Source: Felis catus (taxonomy: Eukaryota). From it: a stretch of DNA of 64,000 nucleotides. The position numbers and the translations under genes are program-made. This document shows positions 1 to 12,796 of the stretch, one piece after another (within the stretch, counting starts at the first letter, position 1; every line of letters begins with the position of its first letter). The DNA is taken from NCBI RefSeq assembly GCF_018350175.1, contig NC_058383.1, positions 6,078,001-6,142,000 on the forward strand, in the 5' to 3' direction. Under the pieces are notes generated by a model. The model was not told where the DNA came from. It saw only the letters and a program-made list of their open reading frames with translations, and made no database searches.

Positions 1-356
1 TACGTCCAGAGCTACGGGCCCTAGGGAGACATCAAGGCCGATGCCACACAGGAAGGCCAGATTGCTGTACCCATCCTTTGTGTCCAGCAGTGTCAGAGGC
101 CAGCGGAGGTGTGAGCTATGCAGACTAGGCACTGCACATGTAGGGACAGAGGTGGGCAGGGCAGGGGACACTGGCTCCGGGTTGGGGGCCATGAGGGAAG
201 GACAGGGCAGCTCTGTGTCCGTCGAGCTTTTGTAAGGCTGTGAGCTGTGGCTCAAGCCTGTCCCTCCCTGTTCCTGGTCCTCTGTCTCCCCTGTATGAGA
301 GTCAGATGGTCCTTAAGGGCTGTCCCAGGACAGCAGCCAGCTGCAGTTCCCTTTGA

Positions 357-620
357 GGGATGAACGTGTCCTACGCGAGGGATGAACGTGTCCTACGCGT
401 GGGATGAACGTGTCCTACGCGTGGGATGAACGTGTCCTACGCGAGGGATGAACGTGTCCTACGCGAGGGATGAACGTGTCCTACGCGAGGGATGAACGTG
501 TCCTACGCGTGGGATGAACGTGTCCTACGCGAGGGATGAACGTGTCCTACGCGTGGGATGAACGTGTCCTACGCGAGGGATGAACGTGTCCTACGCGTGG
601 GATGAACGTGTCCTACGCGT
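357..620. repeat. Minisatellite, 12 x 22-bp unit GGGATGAACGTGTCCTACGCG(A/T)
   Basis: Counted directly: 264 bp / 22 = 12 units. Only the last base varies (order A,T,T,A,A,A,T,A,T,A,T,T). No spacers. Confidence 0.97.
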
Positions 621-999
621 GTAGAGCATCACAGCTGGAGCACTGTAGCAGACACCCGTGCTGTTGCCTGGCCAGTGGTTCCTAGTGACCTGGAGAGCTC
701 ATCAAATTAGAAGTGCCCCATCTTGCCCCCTGAGAGTCAGCATTAGGGGCTGTGGACTCTTGATGATTCGGACCTACCACCCCAACACTTCTGAGCCTGG
801 GGGGCCCCCACCATTCACTTCACAGATGAGACCCAGGGAAAGATGAAAATGGCACCAAGATAGGTTTTCTCAAAACGAATAACCCAAAAGAGGCAGCTCG
901 TATTCCTTTCATTTCTTGGGATCCAGCTGAACAAGGCCAGGCAGGAGGTGGAGGAGGGGAGCCATCTCTGTCCTCTGTATCATCTTTGTTGTCATGACA

Positions 1000-1200
1000 A
1001 CAGCAGCCATGCTCTCTGGAGTGTTCCAGGTGCTGATGCTTTACAGGGGCTTTCTAATACCTCCAGACACTCTCTCAAGGTGGTTGCTACTCTCCCCACT
1101 TTATGGATGAGAAAATTGAGGTTCAGAGCGGTTGGCAGACTGGCTCAGGGTCCCCCAGCAGAGGTAAGGCCAGGATTTGAACCTGAACTAATCCCCTTAC
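1000..1200. mobile_element. MIR SINE remnant
   Basis: MIR core-like 'ttatggatgagaaaattgaggttcagag...caggatttgaacc'. Boundaries approximate. Confidence 0.65.
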
Positions 1201-2521
1201 ATCACACAGCCCCCGAGGTCCAGAACTGAAGTGACACCCTGAGCATGGGGGATGACCGGAGCTGAGGAGCACCCCCGTCCCCTCATGATTGTGGCAGGTC
1301 CCCAGGGCCAGATTCTCAGCACTGGGCTCAGCAAATGCTACTGGTTGGAAAGCCCAGGAGCCGGCCCTTCCCCAGAAGCCAGCTCCGGGGGGAACTCACA
1401 GGGCTGCACCGTCCAGCCGACTGGACGGCAGGCCATCAGCGAGCGCGTCCTCTTCCCAGCGAGCGGCGGCAGCGACATTCCCGAGAGCCCGAGCTGTGGG
1501 TGCATTCCCTCAGCTGCCCCTGTACGTCTGCATTCCCTGTCCCCGCCCCCCCAGAGGGTCAGTTGTACCCACAGTGTCGGCCAGTTTCCAACCCTGTCGG
1601 GGAGGCGCTAATAGCTCACAGCGGGCACGGGCTCAGTTTGAATCAGGTTGCTGTTGATGTTGTTATTTGGGGAGAAATGTTCACTTCCAGCCCCCACGCT
1701 GTACAAACAGACTGGGGCTCGTATCCAGGACTGAATGCCAACCAATTCCAGAGGGGTGGCGGGAATGAACTCCACTGCCATGCCGGGATCAGGGGGTAGG
1801 CTCTAGCCTGATGGGGACTCCAGGGATGGGCTGGTGGGAGCTGTATCAGGGCCAGGGGCAGGGGGTTTAGTGGGAGAGGTGCGGACAGGCAGACTTGCCC
1901 AGGGGCAAGATTTGGAAACTGCAGCGGCCGGCCTGGGGTCCAGGCTTGCCTCCCTGTGCTACCAGGCCCAGGATGTGAGTCCCTTGGGGCCGCAGGCCAG
2001 GCAACGCCAGCCCTGGAGGGCAAGACCAGCATGCAAGTTCAGCTTGCCCTGAGCACCAGCCACAGGCTCCGGGGCCAGGGGCCAATGGTGAGAGAGGACA
2101 AGGTCCTCTTGTGCCTCCTGCAACCATGGCATTCTTCCCTCCAGTTTTCCCCTCCAGGCCTCTCCAGGACTCACGCTCAGGCCCTCCCCTCCACGTCCAG
2201 GTCGTGCCTTGGCGTGCGGACATCTGTGTGCATCGTGGTGCCGGGAGCAGGGACTGTCTAGTGCGTGCCTCCTGGACACACAGCTGGACTGTGCTTCCCA
2301 GCCCCCGACCCCCTGGGAGCCTGGCCCATCAAACCCTCCTCCCCTCCCTCCTTCCCTGGATCCCAGGCCCCCCCGCCCCGGGGAGAGTGGGGCCATTTGC
2401 TGGAAGGAGCCTGGGCCCCTGCATGACCGTGTGGAGCTGAGCAGCCACAGAGCCCACGTCAGGCTCAGGTGTGAGAGACAAGTAGATGTCTACTGTGGGA
2501 AGTCACTGAGCTGTGCTGTGG

Positions 2522-2737
2522 TGTTTTTTGTTTTTTTTTTTTTTTAATGTTTAGTTTGAGAGAGAGTATGAGAGAGAGTGAGTGAGGAAGAGGCAGAGAG
2601 GGAGACAGAATCCAAAGCAGGCTCCAAGCTCCAAGCTGTCGACATAGAGCCTGACACGGGGCTCAAACCCACAAACCGTGAGATGCTGACCTGAGCCGAA
2701 GTCGGATGCTTAACCAACTGAGCCATCCAGGCACCCC
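2522..2737 (-). mobile_element. Can-SINE (SINEC_Fc-like)
   Basis: Poly-T, (GA)n, tRNA-derived body ending 'ccaggcacccc'. GTGCTGTGG occurs on both flanks (likely target-site duplication, TSD). Confidence 0.93.
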
Positions 2738-3099
2738 GACGTGCTGTGGCTTGTTAGCTTGCTGGAGCTTCCAGGGCTGGGACGAGGCAGCTAGAACAAG
2801 GGCTATCCAGGGCAGTGGCAGCTTCCTGTGGCCTCACAAGCAGCAGGGGCCTCAGCCCAGGAAGGAGAGATGGTGGATGCTTCTTTAGGGGGGCCCCCGA
2901 GGACCCCCAGAACCACCAGCATCCTTAGTGGGGAGGGGGATGGGTCCCACAGTACGCATGAGGCGGGGGGGCCAGGGCTCTCTGCAAGCAAGCAGCCGCA
3001 GCCCCGGGGACCAGGAGGCTGAGAGGTAGTGTTCCCCCCTCAACCCCAAAGCCTTCCTCTGAATCCCTCGTAGAAAACGGCCACTTGGTCCCCTGTTGT

Positions 3100-3280
3100 C
3101 CGCGAAGATGTGGCAGAGTCTTGCATTGGGAGCCTGAGAAATCTGGATTTGAATTCCCTGCTCCACAACCAACTCACTCTGGACACGAACTCTTGATGTC
3201 TGCCTCCACATGGCTTTACTCGGTGTCTGTGTGTAAATGCATGCATCCAGGCCTCTTCTCTTTTAAGGACACCACTCACT
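3100..3280. mobile_element. MIR remnant
   Basis: 'tgggagcctgagaaatctggatttgaattccctgctcc' resembles the MIR 5' part. Approximate. Confidence 0.5.
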
Positions 3281-4555
3281 GAGCCAAGAGTTAAATCACT
3301 GCCCTGTCGCACCAACCTGTGGATGGGATTGGTGGCCCGGTGAACCACAGCCTTCTGGTGTTCATGCCCTCCCGTGGTCTTCCTCCCGCTGGAGCCGACC
3401 CTGTGACTAGAACGTGCCACATCCGGGCCTGGCCTGCCAGAGGGCTGCCGGCCTCTGCCGCTCCCCTCCTGGACCCTGCACCTTGGGGAGCTCTGTGCAC
3501 CCATCTACCAAGTCCAAGTCCCCTCCGGGAAGATGAGCCGGAGAGGCAGGCTGTTGTCCCATGCGGAGCAGGGACAAGCCCAGCAGCCTCACGGTCCCGT
3601 CGAGCCCCCGGATGACACCAGCCCAGCCTCTCTCTGGAGGCTTTCAGGGGGATCAGAAGAACTGCCCTGCTGAGCCCCGCCGGCCCACAGGACTGGGAGA
3701 GAGAACAGAATGGCTGTTGGGGAGCAGTCTGTTACTTGGCAGTGGAGAAATGCAGTTACAGGAATCACACTCCGCCTCCTTTGGGACTGGAATCTGCAGA
3801 AAAATCCTTTGTCAAACCTCAGCGGGAAAGGACCCCAAGAAGCACGTGTTTGTGTGTCTACTGGGATCAAGGCTCTTTGGGGAGGCTCCCTTTTCCAACC
3901 ATCTCTACTCTGCTGTCCTTTCTTTGATGTTGGAACTAAGAATTATGGAATTGTTGGAAGCAGTAGGGCCCAAAGAGACTCAAGCTTAGGGGCCCCGGCA
4001 TGATCCCATAGGTCGCCCTTCTGACGAAGGTCTCCAGGGACACTGGCCTGTGTCAGGACAATAAGCCTTCTCCAAGGAGGGCTAGCGCCCCCTCTGAGAG
4101 CCACAGTGTCACAGGGAAGCCACTGAGCCCAGTCACCCTGGTCCAGGGAGTGCAGCTAGAATGTGGAGGAGGAAGGGCCACAGGCTGGGACAGGGCTCAC
4201 ATCTGCGCTGAGGGGAAATGGTCCCTCCACACCCAGCAGGCACCTGCTCCCAGAGGGTCCTGCAGCTGGGTGGTCCAGCCCAGGCCTCTGTGTAGATGGG
4301 GCCCAAAGAGGGCAGGTCCTGCCAGCAAGGCAGTGGCCTGGTCTGGCCTGCTCCTTGGTCCTGTCCCCATCCAGGGCTCCTTCTAAGTACCCGCGTCCCT
4401 GCTGAGGTTGTCCAGGCCGGAGCAGTGGCCCTCTGGGGCACAGCGCTCCAGGCTGAATCCTGGGTGGGCAGAGAGAGAGAGGCAGGAGAGCCGCCCCCAC
4501 ACAGCATCCTGTCCCCTCTGGCTGCAAGCACAGCTGGACTCGGGCTGACTGGCTG

Positions 4556-4630
4556 TCACGATTGTCATCTGCCCTGGCAACAAGCCAAGGCTGTTACCGC
4601 GAGTGCCATTGCCATGGAAACCATGAGTCA
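4556..4630. promoter_or_regulatory. Candidate enhancer motif cluster (NPAS4/ARNT-type TCGTGA, two RFX X-box-like sites, AP-1)
   Basis: TCACGA 4556-4561, TCTGCCCTGGCAAC 4568-4581, ATTGCCATGGAAAC 4608-4621, TGAGTCA 4624-4630. Function is inferred from motifs only. Confidence 0.4.
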
Positions 4631-6289
4631 GGGCCGCACTTAACAGAGCCAAACCTGCCAGGGGCTCTCAGGGCCTCTCGTCTGCCAACGGGAAAGGCGA
4701 CACCAGCACGTAGCATCTCCTTGGGACTCATTAACAGGGCGGAGCAGGGGTGACAGGCAGGGGGCATGTGGGGAGGAAAGGAGAGGGAGAGAGGCAGGGG
4801 AAGATAGAGGAACCAATAGTCCCGGGACAGGCTTAGGGCCTAAAAGCTCAGACCACAAAGACCAAGGGGTCTCTCCCAAGCGGCCAGATCTGCCACTTAC
4901 CAAACCCAAGAGGCCAAACTCCCAGAGACCAGAGCCCAGGGCTGGGCCCCACCATGATGACGAGTCGGGGTGCCTCTGGATCACAGGGTTGTCAGGCCCC
5001 CCAGCACAGCTGTCACGTCCAGGGGTGCGGGTGGGGGGGGGGGGGTTGAGGACTTACCCAGGGCCACACAGTGGGCCCGTGTGGGGCCAGAAAGGCAAGA
5101 GGAGGAGAACCCGACCCCGTCCACATGAGCCTTTTCTAGCTCCTCATCGTCCCGTGGTCAGGTGGCCTCGAGGCTGCTGGCTCTGGAGGTGGCAGGCCCC
5201 ACACAGGAGTCCCCGTGGCCTGGGCCCAGCAGAGAGCAGCCCCAGCCCCCAGATCCACCCTGGGTGCCCAAGTTGTCATGGTAAGTCACCTGCCAGGTTC
5301 CCAGGCTGGCCCACACAAGCCTCATTGCCACATCCCTCTGCCTCATGGTCCAGAGTCTGACCCTTCCTGAGAATCCGGCAGACCCCGCCCCGGGGAGGCC
5401 CCAGCCGTCTCCAGACGCACAAGCCCACAGGTGAGCTGTAGGTGAGGACAGCCGTTACCTGCCCACCCCGGGTGACTATTCTCTCACGTCTTCACTGATA
5501 ACGGCCAGTGAGGTGACTTAACAAAGGCCACAGAACTCGCTTTGACCCAGGGACTTGGTGATGACAGAACAGCGTCGGTGGCCACTCTGCCATGGAGCAC
5601 GGGCCAGGTGGCTGAGCCGTTCATGGGAAGCCCTGATGTCCACGCTCACACATCTGATGCCAAGGAGGCTGCGGGGCTGGGGGCAGCCCCTCTCTCTCTG
5701 CCAAGGCCACGTGGCTCCTGAGCTCCAGGATGGGGGAGGGGCCGGGGCAGAGGGCTGACCACCAAGGGGATGCAACCATTCAGCTGGGAGGGAGGTGCTC
5801 TGGCCTTTTCTGCCGGTTTGCCGAGCGAGCAACAGAAAGTTAGATGAAATGTTCAAATTGCCGGGGAAGAAAATCAAGCATCGTATGCTGGCTCCCTGGG
5901 GATGGTTGTTACCACTGGTCCTTAGGCAGCAGAAAGCAGAACGAAGGGACATTGGAAAGCCGGCCAGAGGAAGAGCAATTTCTGACCTGACCACCCTTGT
6001 GGCTTTCGACAAGGGAGGAATGGATAGATCAGGGGCGTGTCTGTCAGGTCCCCTGTGGCCCTGCAGCTCAGCAGCCAGGGGACCGCTGGGGCCAGGAGAC
6101 CCTAGCATTCCAATGCGCTGGGGGGCGGGGCTGGATTCAAAGGCCCCTCCTCCCTTGTGCAACTGACACCTCATCCACAGCTTGGGCCCCAGCCCCAGCT
6201 CCTCTCCCGAGTCAAGTAAGTGTGATTGGTGCAGAGCTATGAACCGGTGAGGATGTGAGCAGGAATCACACATCTCTGTCAAGGCCAGC

Positions 6290-6440
6290 ACTTCTCACCT
6301 TTTTTCGCATTATCACCTTGCTAAAGAGACTTTTTAGACATCTTTTAAGTAATCGTCACATCCCCCATGAAATTAAATCCCAGGGAATATGACTTTAGAG
6401 GTAGCACTGAGCTTTGGACCAGCACAAACTGTTGTAATAG
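6290..6440. mobile_element. Probable hAT-Charlie DNA transposon remnant
   Basis: AT-rich 'cttctcaccttttttcgcattatcacc...ttttagaca...cccatgaaatt' resembles a Charlie-family MER end. Subfamily not determined. Confidence 0.35.
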
Positions 6441-9400
6441 CTTCGACTCGCTTGCACCCTCCTCCCAGAGAGACTTTTAGGCCTTGGGGGTGCTGTCACC
6501 CCATGGACAATGTCTGGTCTAGTCGGCACATGGGTGTTGCATGTTGGGGAATGGCCACCGTTCATCTGTCCAGCTGACATCCTGTGATGGGTCCCGGGAC
6601 TCAGCACCAAGGCCAGAATCTCCCTACATCCTGTCCATGGGAAGTAGACTTGTGGGAGGCAGATGGAGAAGCCATTTCCAGATTGTTCACCGATGTGACA
6701 CGCGTGTCCACTACCCAGGACCCTTTTCCAGTGCAGGAGCAGTGGGAGCTGGACCTGGAAGGGGAGAGAGAGATGAGTTGTCCTGGCCGGTGTGCTGGGC
6801 CAGGCTGTTCTCGGCAGAGAACAGTTTTGTGGTGATCGAGCCACAGGACAGGACAGGACTGGACATGTGCCCCCACTCACATCTCTCTGAAGTCCCAGCT
6901 TTGTGACCGCACACTTGGCCTTCCTGCGAGGTTCTGTGACAGATGCCGCCAGCACTGCACCCGGATCCCCTCAGGCCACCGTGATTCCAGCTGCCAGCCT
7001 CCATGTCTCATGGCCTGAGGACTTGCTCCTGCTCACGCAGCTGGCCGGAAGTCTCCAGGGCCCATCTTCAACCGGCGGCTGCTGGGCGCCCCAGTGCGTC
7101 CGTACCCCCCGGGTGGGTAACTCCACAGTGCGTGCTCCACACTGTCTCCCACGTCTTCCCAGAAGCTTTCAGCTTTCAGCTTCCCATTGTGCAAACTGGC
7201 TGCTTCACCTTTCATTGGCCGCCTTGCAATCCCTGCCTCGCAAAGGTCCCTGGGACGCCTCCCAGATAAATCACTAGCAGTCGACTCCTTGTCTCAGGGT
7301 GTGTTCCTAGAGGAGCCCAAACTGAGGCCCCCGTCCTGCCTCATTCTGCAACATTCGTTTGCTGTCCACCGTCACCTGCCGCTTTGTGGCTCACACTCTG
7401 AGAGCCATGGCTGATTTTTGGTCACTATCTGCAGATGGCTGGACACGGCTCAGAGAATGGAGCTAGGGGAGGCTTGGCAGAGGAGGGGCCACTTGAATGA
7501 GGTCTTGAAGGATATATAGGAGTTTGTGGAGGAAAAAAAGCACAGGAATACCCCTACCCCCACCCCCATCATCGCCCTGAGCTATTTGCAGAAGGTGCCT
7601 GGACAACTGTGGGGTCCTGAAATGTGACCCTGTATAGGTCTGACTGGTCATTCCTCAGCTCTGGAACCTGCAGTGGTTCCCCACGGCCTGTACCAGGTCC
7701 AAGCTTTTTGGCTTATCGTTTGAAGTCCTCTGTAAACTGGCCCCACTCTGCTTCCACGCTTACTCATGTCATTGCTGCTGCCGACTGCCCTCCTCAGTGA
7801 GCCCAACCTGGCAGAATTCCGTCTGTCCTTCCACGCCATCCAAACACCCTGCCCTCCAGGCAGCCATCGTGGTGGCCTCAAAATAACAGCTCTCAGCTTT
7901 GTGCCCATAGAGCACGATTGCCAGGCTCTGGGGCACCTCCCGGCCCCTAACTAGGGTGAGTCACCGATCTGTGTCAAGCAGAAGCTATTCGAAGTCAGGA
8001 CCCCTCACCTGGGCTCCCTCATATCCCCCCGTTCCAGCAGTAATGACCTAATGCGTCTGGACCATCTCAGAGGTCCCTTGCATCTCTGCTTTGACCTGGC
8101 ATGGAGAACGCATCTCCCCCAACATGGTCTGATTCTGATGGACCGTACGGGGCTCCCGTGCAGCACCCCCGCCCCTGGGATGGATTTACAGTTTGGTTTA
8201 TGGTTTATCAGGGAAAGAATGGAGCTGCCGCCATCCCAAGTGCTTTTTAATTATGTGAAAGATGAGGGCCCCACTCTCTTAAGGGAGGAACCCGTCCTTC
8301 ACCTCTTCCCCCCCCTCCAAATGTCACATTATCAGAGGCGGGGTCGGGGGAGGAGACCCTTGGAGCGGGCACAATCCAGGTGGCTCAGGATAGGGCTGAT
8401 TCCCCTTGCCGATGAGCCTAAGGCCCGAATCAGAAGTTTTAACATATTCCTTAATTAGAGCCCGACCTTGTCCTCAGCTGCCCAGCGGAGTGGGCCCCCG
8501 ATAAGACCAGGCAGTACTATTGTCTTCATGCTTATGAGGTGGGCCCACTGGAAGAGCGCATTCGAAATGAGATTACATCTTATACATGTTTAATGTACTG
8601 TTCTCGCCATTTAAAATGCGGCTCTATTAAAATAGCAGGGAGGGAAAATTGACTCTCGGAGCTGGGTGTGAGAGAATAGATCACTAGTGAAATGAATAAT
8701 ATATTAACAGAATAATGATGTTGCTTCTCATATTAATCGTATAAATCACAAGATTCTCAAGCTGTCAGCAGAAGTTTAAAAAAAAAAAAAAAAGCTGACT
8801 TCCAGACGGAGAGTACTGAGCCCCGGAGGGTGTGGGAGCTGGGGTCACACTGGTTATGAAACGGGTTTTCCAGGCAGGGCTGCCAGGGACCGGGACTTGC
8901 CCTGGAGGCGACAGCGATGTTGTGGGGAGGCCACCACTCCATTCCAGCCAGCAGCCTTTACCGTGCCAGCCAGATACAAGAAACATCAATGAGATGTGGC
9001 CCCCTGCCCACAGGCCAGGCCAGAGGGACAGGAATGCTTAGAGAAGGCTCCAACCTCGTCATACAAGCCAGGACAGAGACTCAGGCGGTGGAGGGGGCCA
9101 AAGCCCCGCGTGCCCCGCCCCCAGGGCCTGGCACCAGCCAGCCTCCAGTCCTGTCTGTAGGTCCAATACTACAGTCATTTGCTGAATGAGCGTCTGGTGA
9201 CTCCGTAGGGTCCTCCCAGGGCTCTCGAAAGAGAGAAGGAAGGTGCTGTGGGGATGGGCGGGGCGGGGCCGGGTGTGGGGTGCGGCGGGGGGCCGTAAGG
9301 AATGATTACAGTGGTCGTCGCCGTGGCAATGAATGCCACATGCGTGTAGATATCTGCACACCATCTGCATGTAGCTCCACCGAAGGGAGGTTGGGGGGCG

Positions 9401-12129
9401 GGATGCACCAGAAATTGGGGCTGGGAGCATCCTAGGAAAATTCCTCCCATCCTCTCAGGAATGTTTGCCATCAGGACTCTCTGCCCCTTGTGTCCCTGTG
9501 GACCACGAGCACTGAGCTGGCTGCGCTGATCTCTAATTGTTTGGAACATAGAGAAGAAAGCTACCTCCCCACCCCCCGCCAGCCTCACTCAACCCCGGGA
9601 GCAGAAATCCCGGGACTCACAGGCAGCCCCAGCCCTGCCAGCCTTGACAACATGCCCCAGGTAATCAGGCACAGTCACTTCGTGTGAGCACTGGGCTGGA
9701 ACCCTCCAGGCCCTGTCTTGGCTCATGTCCACAGCCAGCACATGCTGTGTGTGGTCCCCTGCTTTACGGGTGAAAGAAACGAGGATCCCAGTAAGTAGGG
9801 TACGTGCCCACAGCTGCCCAGCTGCTGAGTGGCAGGATCATTTGGGCTTTTGAGGGCATTTTCTACTCCTGCACCCACTAGTTTTGGGCTTACCAAGCAA
9901 TGGGACCCAAGCAGATGCTAGAGGAGCAAAGACACACAATGTGCCAGCCCTCTTCTGCTTCTGTCATTGCGGTGAGGAGCGCTTCCCCCCCCACCCTGCC
10001 CCCAGGAGCTACGGCCCCTTCATCCTGAGCCCCAACATGAACACACTCAGGACAGACCCAGGCTCCACTTGCATCCGGAGCAGAGCTGCCCTGCGGAGCC
10101 CAGCCAGGTTCCGGGGCCCGCAGCAGATTGTGGGCCCACGAGCATGAGCATAAGGGCTTACTACTGTGAGCCACGGAGCCCTGGGCTGGTTTATGACGAA
10201 GCATCTCTGTGGCCATTTCTGGCCCCAAAGCCCAGGCTCACCGATGTGCTAAACCACCTCCCGCAGGGCTGTAGTGGGAGGGTAGAGGCTCACACAAACC
10301 CACTAACTTTCCAGCTTGCGTCCCACTGACAAGTCTGAAGAATTGTCTTTCTGCAGGAAATCCCCTGCCTGCCATGGCCGTGGCCAGTGCAGGGTCCTCA
10401 CCATGGATGTCTGAGTCAAGTCTCAGGTCTAAGCCGTCTTCCCCACTGGACTTATGGGGGCCTAGCAGCCATGTGTATCCATCAATGCAGGAGTATTAAT
10501 AATCCTTAGAACTAACATTTCTGAGCCCTGATAGCATCCACCCCTTTGCTGCACCATTTCTCATCATCCTCATGATCCATGAAGTGAGCTCCATCACTAC
10601 CAGCCCCAGTTTTTGGAGGAGGAAAGTGAGACCCAGAGCACTTGCCCAGTGTCACACAGCTAATAAACACAGAAGCTGTTTCTCCAACAGAAAGGGGCAT
10701 ATCTCCCTACGAAGAGTTCCCACACCCAATATCCCACTCAACCCAACATCTACTCCCAAATAGCCAAGACCTCCACTCTGGGCCCTGGGGGTGGACCACT
10801 GGGTCCCACCCAGTAATCAGTCTCATTTGCAGCCTCATCAGCCCTGGCTGACGGTGGAGGTGGGTGAGCATGTTGAGTCCAGCACAGCCAGCTAGGCCAC
10901 GGTGAGGCTGGACCAGGCAGAAAGGTGAGCTGATTTCAGTGGTGGTGCCCGGCCTGCTGGCTGGGGCCTCACCAGGTCTAGGGCACTGATGAACCTATGG
11001 AAAAAGCACCATCTCTGATCACCTTCGTGGCCCTGTGCTTCTCTCAAGGCTGAGGGCTCAGAGGTGGGCAAAATTCACCCTGTGTTTCCCCACACAGACA
11101 TTTTAGCAACCGCCAGGATCCATCTCGCCTGAGAAATCATTGGCAGAGTATCACTACTGGTCATCGAACGTGCTCAGGGACAGTGTCCCCCGGATGTCCA
11201 CAGTGCTGACGAGCCTGGGCCTAGGGGCTGCAGCCTTGCCCTCTAACGGCACCCACCTCCCTGGCTGGAAGGGGGGGGGCAGATGGGGGAGTTCCTGGAG
11301 GTGCTTGTGGAGAGCCTGGCAGGCCTAAGCTCTCAGCATAGCTGACTCACCAATGACTGTCGTCATTGGTGCAAAGCTGGACTCCCTTCTGTGCTGGGGG
11401 GCCCACCCCGTTCCCCTGGCAGCGACCGCATCTGAGCAGGGAGCTCTGCCCAGTGGGGCCAGCCTTGTCTGGGCAGATGCCGGAGGGGCAGAACTGGGGC
11501 TCAGCTGGCTGAGAGGTAAAAGCGTCTCCATGGCAACCAAACCCACCCCCCAGAGGGGGGTCACTGGCTTCACTTTTCCAGGCTACAGGAGGGCAGCCAA
11601 AACCCACAAGCTGGAGAAACTGGGGCATAGACCAAAGGCTCTCACTGCACCAGATCACAAGCTCCCTAGGCCCCTGGGCAGCAGTGGAGCCGGGAAACTA
11701 GGCCAAAGCCCGGAAGTCCCATCTCCCCCTTGCTCCCGTGCTGGGAAGGCTCTTGAAGACGTCTCGGGCCTTGGTGGGGCGGCTGTGAGCTATGACACGG
11801 AAGGGAAGCTAGCTAGTATCAGGCTGTGGGACTGGAGAGCAGGCAAGGGATCCCGCCGAGTTGTCGGGAGTGCCGTCTTCCTCCTCCGGAGGAAGGATAG
11901 GAACCCTTTACTCCTTGGTGGCTTTCCCTCCACGACGTCTTGAACGTCCACCTCTGCTAGCCAGGGATGACCGACCATCAGTGTCCCTGATGACATAGAA
12001 CAGATCACTGTGTATGTAGTTCTGCCTCCATGTAGGGAAATAGAGGGAAACCAGAACTCAGCAAGGACACCAGTGTCACTCGGCGAGGCAGGGCCAGAGT
12101 TGGAAGCAGACCCCAGCTGCCCTGACCTC

Positions 12130-12250
12130 CAGTGAAATCATCTAGGGAGATTTAAAAAAATCCCAATGCCCAGGCCCTACCCGGGGCCGATGAAACCAGA
12201 ATCTCTTGGCATCAGCGGCACCGAGATTTTTGTCAGAATCCAGGTCCCGC
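12130..12250. mobile_element. MER5-like (hAT-Charlie) remnant
   Basis: 'aatcatctagggagatttaaaaaaatcccaatgcccaggccctacc...aaccagaatctct' is typical of MER5A. Confidence 0.6.
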
Positions 12251-12796
12251 CACCAGGCAGGGTCGACATGCCGCTGCTCGGTCACCCGCCTGCTCCCCAG
12301 CTGACTTCGTCCATAGGCTGTGAAGTCCTCTGCAGGGCTTGAAGCACTTTTAAAAGCAACGTGTGAACCTTCTCCCTGCAATCTTGTCTACATCATTCAC
12401 TCCCTTGACAGACTACATCTTTATAGATGGTTACAAAGTCAAATTCAAATGATCCAAAGTTCTCAACAAGTGGAGACCATTCAACTTCCCTTCCTTCCCA
12501 CAAGCCTCTGCTGAGGCTCACACCCACTCACACGCAGACGCCTTCCTAGGGGGTTCATGTCTGTCCTCTGCACTGCCCCCCCCCAGGGCTCTTACCCATC
12601 CTGGGCACTGAGCACCTGCGTCCACATCATCTGCCCCTCCCACCCTCGGTGTGGACTCCACATCTAACTCACACCGCCGGTCCCTGGCATGCTGTTCCTG
12701 GCCAGGTGGGTGAATATTGAGGTGCACCTATCATGATGGTGACTGTTAGGTGAACCTGAAAAATAAACATGAGATATGGAGATGTCCCCACTGACA

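Noticed and set aside
357..620. CRISPR-like array
   Set aside because: Head-to-tail repeats with no unique spacers, no cas genes, and mammalian DNA. It is a minisatellite.
5518..6291. 257-aa minus-strand ORF
   Set aside because: No recognisable homology, and composition typical of GC-rich intergenic DNA.
11790..12008. 72-aa ORF with a basic patch (FLRRRK)
   Set aside because: No ATG start, no homology I recognise, and no convincing splice sites.
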